DNA of 64,000 nucleotides from Psilocybe cubensis (Eukaryota), in the NCBI GenBank assembly GCA_017499595.2, contig CM038999.1:3906001-3970000 (forward strand), read 5' to 3'. Position 1 is the stretch's first letter, and each line of letters begins with the position of its first letter. The position numbers and the translations under genes are program-made. Positions 53,883 through 64,000 of this stretch are shown here, piece by piece. Below the pieces are notes generated by a model that worked only from the letters and a program-made list of their open reading frames with translations, made no database searches and had not been told where the DNA came from.

Positions 53883-54272
53883 TTTCCTTTCACTTTTCAA
53901 CCTGTGAAATAAATTACCCCTAAATATCTGTCCTCGAAAGAAAGGCCATGCCGAAAGTTCATTTGAATACGTGCGCCCAACTCTCACAGGACCCAGTGGA
54001 TGAAAAATGCAGGATGCAGCGTCATCTTGAGATTGGGATAAAAGTTTCAGCGGATCAAAGCGTGTAATTTGAAAATTTGCTTGGTGAAAAATTGGCGGAG
54101 GTTCGAAAAACAGAATTTTGTTAGGAAAGGAGAAAGATCCCACGGGAACTTGGTAATATCGAAATCAAACGACGGACAAAAGATAGATTGCTTACACATA
54201 TTTGTACATGACCATTTCAGTACTACTTCGTTCTTCCTTTGATTTCATCCAATCTCCCTCTGGTATATCGAA

Positions 54273-55058
54273 TCATGCGCGAACCCCGACGCGTTTGAGG
54301 TATTCAATACGATGGGGGTTGGTGTCGGTTGCTTCGCTGCGGTTGTATGGAATCCATTTGGGCTCATCCTAAAAGTAAAATCAATGGCATTAGTACTCCG
54401 CACGACGGAAGACTTGGCTACGGATATTTACTTGGAAGAGACGCATAGCCTGGATTTGGTTAGCTTCATCAAGAGTGAAGCGGTGGTAGATTCCTGCAGG
54501 AATGACAATGAGATCGCCTGGTTCAACAGCAAGGCGTATCCATTCATCTGTGGGTGTTTCTGCAGACATTTCAGCATAACCAAGCCATTTATCACGCTGC
54601 ATGTTTTCGTACCTCTGACATCGAAAAACCCACTGCCCGATAGAATGTATCGAATCTCCTCGTCCTCGTGCATATGCCTAGATTGGAGTGGTGTCAAACC
54701 AGGATCCTAATAACAGAGGGATAGGCATACTCTTCGAAGAAAGTCTTTATCTTTTCTTCGTAGATCTGGAAAAGATTACAATGTAATCGGTTAGCGTAAT
54801 TATGACGAAGTTAAACGCAGTATCCTGATGAGAGCGCACCTCACCCATTCCCTCCTTCGACACGTTGATCAAATCCCTATTTTTGTACCCTCTTTCCTCA
54901 GCAATGGCATTGATCTTGGGCAAGTGGCCATCCACCGGGACAACCCAGTGCTCCACTTGCAAGGCTTTCAGAGTCTCTTCAGACACGGGGCGCGATGGCG
55001 AGTAATCGTGGGGTAAGCGCTGGTCACCGGGAACATTGTCGTAGTAGTAAGCCCGCAT
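54273..55058 (-). CDS. ADI1: Acireductone dioxygenase (methionine salvage)
   Basis: [40 protein letters not shown] and [17 protein letters not shown] cupin motifs. Confidence 0.95.
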
Positions 55059-55569
55059 GATGACACAATTCGTCCAAAGATGGTGGTAGTTGGAGGTCAA
55101 GAGTGCTTTTTGTTTTTAGAATTTGCTTCCGTCCAATCCCGTGTGCGATATGATGCAATCTGGTGCAATCGGCATCCTCCATTTCTTCAGTCTCGAAGGC
55201 GTTTGGGTCAAGTTATAGTACTAATAGGTTTCAGATTCGCGAACATCCATGATAACGAAAGATTTTGAACCTAAAGGCTTTGACGTCTGTGGTGTACGAG
55301 TAGTCAACACAGACGTGAACGTTCGCAGCACGTGACAGCCTGCGCGTCTGGGACCCAGATATGGTAGGACGCGCTTAGGCTTGAAAATTGTGTTTGTGAC
55401 CATCGACACGAAATAAAGAATGCATAAGTTTATATTTCCAGTATTTTACTTGACACAAAACTCGGTTTCTTTTTGAAATACCTGAAAAGTCTTCTTGCAG
55501 CCACTGGTTTGCCACAGGTAGCTATGGTGGCTGTTTTATTTTTCAAAGTCCGAAAGGTTCATCACTGAC

Positions 55570-56165
55570 TAGTGTTGCCGCCAGAGTGCAGTGCAGTGAC
55601 AGTGAAGCCATTTTTGGGCGACTGTGACACGCTTCACAGTGATCACAGTCCCTGTGAAGTGCTGTGAAGTGTTTGTGACGTCATTCACCGTCTCGACCTC
55701 ATAAAATGGTCGACGAAAGGTTGACGCTTTGCAAGTCATTTTGTCTATATGTATTTGCTCATTCAGTGTCCTAATAGTCCAAGACACTTCAATGTAGCAA
55801 TTTTTTTGACTTTTCTCAACAAATCCGGCGAAAACCAAGCAGAAATGTGCGTCGACGACAAGATCAAAGGGATCTGGACCACGTGCACTGTTGAATACTT
55901 TATTGCAATCTTATCTAGATAGATAAAGGTCATGTGCAATAAATATCCTCCATATATAGTAGGTATCCCGGACATTCTCATGTATTCGACAAAAATGCAT
56001 GTAATACTTCCATATTTAGTCTAGATTATCTGACACTGCAATTTACGGCACACTTTGCAGAGCACTTCACTGCGACTTTGTTGCGCTGTGAAGTGTGTCG
56101 GAGAATGAAAAAACAGAGTGCAGTCACAGTCACTGCAGAGTGACTGCGCTCTGGCGGCAACACTA
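55570..56165. mobile_element. MITE-like element (~600 bp)
   Basis: ~23-bp TIRs TAGTGTTGCCGCCAGAG(T/C)GCAGT with one mismatch; CAGTG/CACTG-rich subterminal repeats; no convincing ORF; no TSD seen unless the terminal TA is the TSD. Confidence 0.75.
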
Positions 56166-56468
56166 ACAGTACTGATGATTCATCAGTACTTTAAATTTTG
56201 ATGTCCGCTGGTGTTCCGCGTGTTCCGGATTATGTATATTTCAAATTTGCTCTTACGGTCACGGGCACACAATGTCACAAGTGTGTCAGCGTCACCCTAG
56301 TAGCTGTTCGTTTTTCTTTTTTTTCATTGAAGATCGGGCTGCAAGGCCTTGCTCACCACCTAATTTACCCTGGTCCATCAATAATTTAGCTTTAAAGCTT
56401 CTGAAAGGCTGTAATCTCATGGAAGGCTCGGAGGCCTTTGCCTTGTATGCATTAAACCTCTGCATGAC

Positions 56469-59400
56469 ATGTCCGCCGTAAAAAGGCCTACTCTTCTATG
56501 GGCTCAACGAAGCTCGTCCAGTATCAAACAAAAGGTGAACAATTGTTTGACACTCTAGAATGACTAATTGTACTAAGGACACCTGTCATATAGAATTATA
56601 TCTACCTCACCGTAGATCTTCCTGGGATAGTGCACTCAACCGTGGTGTACGACATTACAAATACCTCCTTTTCCTTGAAAGCCAACGCAAAAGAGTAGTG
56701 CCCGTCAACAATATCTTGTTTGAGTAACTGATCCCCTGCTATTAGTGAAGGCGAAGATGACCTTGAATATACCGTTGCCTTTGACTTTCATGCGAAAGTT
56801 GAACCGCCGGTGAGGAATAACACTCTATAATCACTCTCGCGTCCTCGTTCTGATCTTCCAGTAAAGGCATTGGTGAAACAGAGGACAGACCATTCAGTGA
56901 CATTTGTCATCTTCAAACACGATCTGACCATTCGATATTGGCCGCGACTGTCTAGTAATCCTGAGCTAACCAATGTGAAGACGGATTTCAGCCGCTGGAC
57001 CTGGGAAGGGGACGAATCAGATGCCCCTGAAGACGAAAATCAGCGTGTTGATGTCATCGATAAGAATTGTGGTGTTCGGAGTGTAGACCCTACAGATACA
57101 GCCCGTCCCTTCCCAGATTCACGTTGGGTTGCGGCTCCAAAGGGCATGTTTGGGGATCTCTTCTGGCCTGAGAAGTTAAAGACACACAACAAAGGCCCAT
57201 CATCCAGCATGCCCTCAGCAACTCCTCATCTGAAATGGGCCCAGAGAAGTTCTGCGACGGACAAGATAAAGGTCGGAACCTGACACTTGGTAATTTCATT
57301 CATTGATTTCTCAAATATCACAATGCAGAACATCATTTGGCTCACAATCATGATCCCTCACATCCTGGAATCTACTTTGACCTGCAAAGTCACTGATACA
57401 AGCATCTCATTCAATGCATGTGGCAGGGAGTAAGTTTCTGACCATTCATTGTTATGCAGCTGGTTACTGAATCAATGTTGGGTGATAGAGGATACGATGA
57501 ACGTCGGTTTGTTCTTGAACTCGAATTGTACAGTGACGTCGAGGTATATAGGCAATAGGGACCTTCAGAGTTGAAATACGACCCGACTAGTCGGTCGTAT
57601 TTGGCCCTGTCCAATTACGCTTAGTAAGTCAAAGTTCAAGGTCCGCTTTGTGACTGATGTGACGGAATTGCGGCCCTCTTATCACTGGCTTCCACCATCT
57701 TCAATCCTCTCCCCATCACCATTCCTATGGAGGCTTTCATTTCATGCCTGTATATATTAGACTATTAAGATTTTGCTCTCCATGAAGTACTGACCATCTT
57801 TCTGGTCTTGTTTGCATGATCAAGGACTGATGATATGAAATATTTCACTCATCAGTGCCTGTAATTTAGATACTGCTGTAACAGCACCTCCAGAGGACAT
57901 TTTCGCAACACATAGAAACACATTTTGTTTGTTTAATCATTGTTTAATTCTCTAACCACACAGGAGATGCACCAAACACGTCAATACTGAAATGAGAGTA
58001 TAAGAAGCAAGCATTGATTCGGTCTCATCAACCCCCATCTCTGTTTCCCCTTGCCATTTTTTCTTAGTATCGCTCAATGCCTATTCAACAATCTACGTAG
58101 ATTAAATATTATCTACGCTGTCTACGTCATTGGGAGTGACATAGAAGTGACAGTCCAAGACAAGGCCAAGCACAGTCGGACTTCGAATCATCAAATCGGT
58201 GGCGTCGAAATACGACCGACTAGTCGGGTCGTATTTCAATTCTGAAGGTCCCTAATTACTTTTATTTATCAGCTAAAACTTACATTTGTTTCAGGAGGTT
58301 TCACGAGAACTTTCAGAACAATTTTTTATGATAATCCTTCACAAGAGAGTGATGACTGCGCGTTTTTGGCCTCGTCTACAGAAGGACGTCAGAATTTCCC
58401 CTTATATAGGAGCTGATTTTAGGCGATGGACGTGGGAAGGTGACGATTCTGAAGATGTAGCAGTTGATGAAAAGACAGCGATAGGATATAACGGATCTAT
58501 TTCCGAGAAGGTGCGTTTCTTTTGGGAATTACATATGGTCTACATGCTCAGACAATAGTAACAGGCTGAAGAATGTGAACAATTAGGGATATTTTTTATA
58601 AAGCGGTTTGTTCGTCTTCAGCATCACGACGATTTGAACATGGCAGTTTCCAAATTCAAAGAGGCGGTTAATTTGACTTCCGACTGGCAACTGGAGAAGC
58701 CGGAACGTCGAAATATGCTAGCATGTACCTTTGCAGGTCGTTTTGAGCACTGGGGTAACGTGGAGGACCTTACCGCCGCCATAGAGATACTGGAAGATAC
58801 ATTGGAAAGTGTCCCATCCAGTCAACCGTTGCACTTGACGTTGCTGAACCACCTAGGCCATTGTTTTGAGCTTCTTTTTGAGCGAAGAGGGGATCACACG
58901 TATATTGATCGCTCCATATCTCTCCTCCGCCGTGTTGTGGACCACACATCCGCTGATGACTCTGAGCTCTCTACCAGATTGAATACTCTCGGACTTTCAC
59001 TGCTTCGTCGCTTTGAAAGATTTGGGGATTTTGCTGACATTGATTCTTCAATTTACCATCACCAACTCGCTGTTGAACTGGTTCATGAAGGCCACCAAAA
59101 TTTTAGTGGTTGTCACCATAGCCTCGGCATATCTTTGTTATGCCGTGCAAAGAAAAATGGCAATTTGGATGATATTGATCTAGCAATACACCACCTAACC
59201 AAAGCCTTTGAATCGTGTATACAACTACATAGGGCAGTTTCTTTGCATAGCCTTGGCACTTCTTATATGTGTCGATTCGAAATGAAAGGTGATCTCGCCG
59301 ATATTGATACCGCCATACTTCACCTTCAGCAATCAATCTTCCTCAGTAAAATCGACGACCCCCTTTTACCTGGCCATTTCATCAACCTCGGCGCATCTCT

Positions 59401-61746
59401 ACTGTGTCGGTTTGAACGAACACATGTTCTTGCTGACGTCGATGCTGCTATTAATCATTATACAAAGGCAGTAGAGTTGACGCCTCTTGGACATCCTAAT
59501 CTTGCTGGACGTTATTCCAACCTTGGAAATTCGTACAGATTTCGTTTGGGAGCTTTAGGCCACCGGGAAGATGCTGATTCTTCCATCCTTAACCATCAGA
59601 AAGCGGTGGAATTAACGCCGGCTGGTCATGCTCAACTTCCAACATTTCTTACAAACCTTGGGAGCTCGTATATCCAGCGATTTGAATTGTTTAAGGATGG
59701 AGCTGATGCTGATCAGGCGATACTCTACCACAGACAGGCCGCCGACCTAACCTCTTCTCCTGCACAACTTCCTGGGCGCCTTAACAATCTAGGAGGCTCC
59801 TATCTGTCTCGTTTTAACTTCGGTGATAACATCGTAGACGTTGATGCAGCAATATCTCTGTTTCAACAAGCGCTAGACGTAACCCCACATGGCCATGTTT
59901 CTCTTTCCGAAAGGTTTTACAGCCTTGCACTATGTCACCAAGGACGCTTCCAGAAGACCTTCGACACTACTGATATCACCTGCGCGTTATCATGCCTTTG
60001 TCAAGGCGCTGAAGCACCTGGTCCACCTTCTTCACGTTTTTCTTGTGCCAGCACGGCAGCAACATTGTCGCAGGATATTGACCCTATTCCCAACCCGTCG
60101 ATGTATCTTTTCGGTCTTGCCATCAGCTTGCTCTCAGAAATTGCTGGGATAGAACAGACCATACATCGTCGTTACGCTAACCTTCAAGGTAGCGCTGGTT
60201 TTGTCCCTCGGGGTGTTGCCGCGGCACTAGACCACGGAAGGCCTGACCTTGCTATTGAATGGCTTGAGCTAGGTCGGTGTTTGGTCTGGAACCAGATCGA
60301 CAGGCTTCGTACCCCAATCGACCAATTGCGGGACAAGAATCCCTTGCTTGCCGACAAGTTCACGCGTATTGCAAAGATGCTGGACACTCTTGGAGCGCGA
60401 TCCGAAACCAACAACCCGTCTTCTTCTATGGAAGACGACATTCGTATCCAAGATCAGACTCTACTCCATACACGTACTGCTGAGAGTTATAAGGAAGTGC
60501 TGCAAGAAATTCGCAGCCTTTCTGGTTTTGAGGATTTCCTTCAGCCGGCTAAAGCCACCAGCCTACTTGCATCTTTACCTCCTAATGGCGCGGTGATATT
60601 ATTCAGCATAGGAACGGACCGCTGCAACGCACTTGCGCTAGCGGGTGGGTTAGACCAGCCACTTTACGTCCTTCTTGACAACTTTAACTACGAGCTGGCA
60701 AGGAGTCTTCAAGGTACCCTTCAGGATGATATCCATAATCATCGTATGGCAAGGGATCTCAATCGGGGTGCTATAGACCATGTTGATAGTTCCATCGTGC
60801 TCACACTGGAAGTACTATGGCACAAGGTAGCCAAGCCTATCCTTGACGCTCTCAGATATACTGTAAGATATCATTCCCCTAGACATTGTCGATTTTTTAT
60901 AAATACCCGCTTTACAATGCAGATTCCTCTCAACCGAGCCGATCGTCCACGTATTTGGTGGTGTCCTTCAGGCCCGCTCTCGTTTCTCCCGCTTCACGCG
61001 GCTGGCCTATACAGCTCACAAAACCCGACATGTGTGTCTGACTATGTCGTGTCGTCATATACACCAACTGTCAGATCTCTCATCGAGAAATTCCAAGCTT
61101 CCAAGTCTCCTTCGTCTTCGAGAAGTAAAGCCGGCCTCCTCCTTATCAGCCAGCCAAACACACCGGGTCTTCCGGCTATACCATCCACCATACGCGAAAC
61201 AAAATCACTCAAGGCAACGATGGATAGACAGGGTGTACGAACACTGTTGTTAGAACATGACGAGGCCACTCGCGAGAAAGTCAAGGAAGAATTGAACTCA
61301 TACAGTTGGGTACATTTCGCATGTCATGGGGTCCAGGATGCAAAAAAACCCCTCGAGAGCGGCCTTTGCCTCCATGATGGCCGTTTGGATTTGCTTGAAA
61401 TTATGAAGGAGCGGGTTCAGGAACCCCAGTTAGCGTTTTTGTCTGCTTGTCAAACTTCGACAGGAGATTTTGCGCTGTCTGAAGAGGTGGTTCACCTGGC
61501 CGCTGGGATGCTTGCCGCGGGATATCGCGGGGTGGTTGGGACGATGTGGAGCATCTCGGACGAGCACGGTCCATTGTTTGCAGAGGAGTTTTATAGGTAT
61601 TTGTTAGGCAGGATGGGACCGAACGGATTGGACGGTAGTCTTGCAGCCTACGCCCTCGACCACGCCACGTCGGTGGTTCGACAGAAACTTGGAAATAGTG
61701 AGCATGGACTACTGAAATAGGTTCCATACGTACATTTCGGATACTA
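56469..61746 (+). pseudogene. Tandem 2x p23-like + TPR-like + CHAT protease, copy 3 (nonsense codon near the C-terminus)
   Basis: MSAVKRPTLLWAQRSS...YWPRLS..KTDFSRW, then a second domain PHLKWAQRSS...FWPRLQ..ADFRRW; CHAT HFACHG/LSACQT; TGG>TAG at 61718-61720 cuts off WVPYVHFGY. Confidence 0.8.
57556..58254. mobile_element. MITE (~700 bp) inside an intron of CHAT copy 3
   Basis: 47-bp TIRs TAGGGACCTTCAGAGTTGAAATACGACCCGACTAGTCGGTCGTATTT (57556-57602 / 58208-58254, one mismatch); removal leaves a normal short GT..CAG intron. Confidence 0.85.
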
Positions 61747-62238
61747 AATTTAAATCACTGTCACTTCCAAATTTCCAACACTCGCAGCAAACTGGCGCCG
61801 TATGTCAAATAAGCGCCCCATGCCTGTCTGAGTGCTCCCTAAAAGCGACGGCTATGCAAATTCCTGGCAGGCATTCATGTGTGTCGTCTAACATTCTTTC
61901 AGCGACTACTACTACAAAGTGCGGCAACGCGCTTACCACGTTGGGTGTGACACAAGTTCATGGACAATTGACATTAAGATGAAAGGTCGAAAACTGAAGT
62001 CGCTTCTGTTGCTTTTCTTCAGAGCACAAGTCAACTCAAAAAAATTGAACCTTAACAAAGATCTTGGAGATGAAATGCCGATACAAACATTGCATTGGGT
62101 TTAGATATGCGAGTATTTCTCGGTTACATTATTAAATTTGGAAAGTCAGGATAGTGATGTGCAAAAGAGCGTAATACTTGGAAGTAAATTGGAATAAAAA
62201 TTAACAGAAATGCACCCAGCTGCGCACCGATAGCCTTA

Positions 62239-63450
62239 TCATACGTTCGAGGAAGAAGATCCCTTCTCGGAGATGTCCTTGGCGGGTTCATCTGCAGGCC
62301 GACTATTTTCATGGAACGCAGTTTCGCTCCTGTCCCTATCGAACTGTACCATGGATGGCTTGAAGGCTATCGAAGATGTCGTGATTTTATCTTCAGTATT
62401 TGATGACCAGGCGCGACCCATTGCGACACGTAGAATAATGAGCTGAGGAGAGAGTGCCTTGTTCCCAAATAAATTTAATTCTGTGAATTCAAACAAGAAT
62501 GACGGTTTGAAGACTTACAAAGAAAGTTCCCCAAATGAAGCCAAGAGCTACCTGAGGAGCCTGACCCTTAGACGTATATACTGCGAATATAATTCCCAAT
62601 ATACTGAAGGGTAGGGCAGACTCGACGAGAATAGAGGCAGCCCCGGTGTAAACTTTGTGTGCCTCATCTGGAAGAGTACCTCGTGCACGACGACTGAATG
62701 CCAGAATTCGATAGACGATCAGTCCAGTAACAATAAAGTTGAGTCCGCTGGTAAGCGAAATCCATGGAATAAAGAAGTTGGTAGAGTTGGCAAGAATGTG
62801 ATTGTTCGGTAGAGCGCTTTGCATTGTTGTCAACAGGGAGAACGCTAAATTACAGAATTAATACCATTGGAAAGGGGATAGAAATAAATCCACTGACCCA
62901 CTGAAGCCATATACAGCAAAAGAAGAGGAATTAGAACCCATATAGAGCGTCTCCATATGACATAGCACCGATACACCTAAGTATTTATGATTTAATATCG
63001 AACATGGTAAAGAGGTGAGATTGTTACCAATAGCGCATCCGCCATTATGTTGGCCACAACATCCATTGATGTACCGAGCGTCTCAAACCAGCTATTTGCT
63101 GATGCAGCATAGTAAGCAAGGGGGCCGCCTTCGTAATCCCGATGATTGATCCACATAAGCTGACCCATGACAGCGTTTGTGGCGAAGGCGAAAGTCATAA
63201 GAATGAGCAAAGTCATGGAGTACGCGATGTAAAAGTTATTCCTCCTTGCTTCTTGCCTTGTTTTCCTGTTGTATATCAACATATAGACTGACGAGAATGT
63301 GACACATAGAAGGATGCCTATGCAAACGATTTTTCAAAATTCGTACAATTATCGAGGGTTGATCAATGCCAGTGAAGGTGACTCACCATATAGGATAGTG
63401 GTAAAGCTTAATCCAATATAGATTGATAGCTCTATGGGCTGGGTAGACAT
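62239..63450 (-). CDS. Multi-pass (about 7-TM) integral membrane protein of a common agaricomycete family
   Basis: Multi-exon; TILYG, ADALLxYRC, NFIVTGLIVYRI, ILVESALP and PQLIILRVAMGRAW motifs with hydrophobic stretches. Confidence 0.75.
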
Positions 63451-64000
63451 CTTCTGGATGACCGTCAAGAGGATGGGGGTCCTTCGACTGGATGCACTGG
63501 CCTGAAACCAGAGTTTGTTGATATATGTCGATCTCAGAAGGGTCCTGCACATGTGGGTAAGAACCTTCTTTGTTGACAACTGTTACCTCATGAACTGGTT
63601 CGAATTTCTCCCCAAGGGGCCAGGGATAACCTGAATCTCTTTACGTACTAACTCAGTCACAAGGCACAATGCACGCCCATGATATCGGACCTGCAGAGTA
63701 CGCGTCGCGTATCAGCTCATGTGAGAAATCTATTTATAGTCTGACACTTCAGGACCTCGCCAAGGCTTGGTACAGAATACTAGTAACTAAGCAGCTCGAT
63801 TCATCTGGCCCCTGGGCGGGAAGATGTTCTTAGAGATGTATACCCAGGTTCCATTTTATATACTGTAGCAATCACGGAGTCGTTGGTTCAGATAGGACTT
63901 TATAACGCATTTAACATCCATTACGGGCAGTTGAGAGCGGATACCATTTTTCCCTTCTAACCATGCTCCCCAGCTTCTTTAACTCAGCAAAAAATACATT

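Noticed and set aside
58556-58561. Tandem stops TAG TAA as a lesion in CHAT copy 3
   Set aside because: They fall inside a GTGCGT...TAACAG intron that has a GC-AG counterpart in copy 2.

Overview
This is intron-rich fungal genomic DNA, most likely from an agaricomycete basidiomycete, and it falls into three zones. (1) Bases 2759-23169 hold a three-part nested transposon complex. An outer IS630/Tc1/mariner-like element (34-bp TIRs) has its transposase gene split by a 15.7-kb KDZ-type element (6237-21948; 318-bp TIRs, 7-bp TSD CTGTTTC). The inner element carries a KDZ transposase, a TET/JBP dioxygenase, an HMG-like gene, a Zn2Cys6-like gene and two unknown genes. A separate 0.8-kb insert (3468-4276) holds a telomere-like tract and an exactly 35-bp-periodic palindrome array. 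(2) Bases ~24-36 kb hold mostly housekeeping-type genes: an M28 membrane peptidase, a small triple-GLEBS-like protein, SPT7, a penta-EF-hand protein and a ubiquitin-like-domain protein. (3) Bases ~36-62 kb hold a putative innate-immunity/cell-death cluster. Three paralogous TPR-CHAT (caspase-like) protease genes each start with a p23/Sba1-like Hsp90 co-chaperone domain (two such domains in the third copy). They surround a NACHT-WD40 NLR-like gene, a lectin-like beta-propeller gene, ADI1 and MITEs. The p23-TPR-CHAT architecture beside an NLR is the best candidate for an undescribed system. Exon boundaries were inferred by eye from splice signals and are approximate, and no database searches were run.
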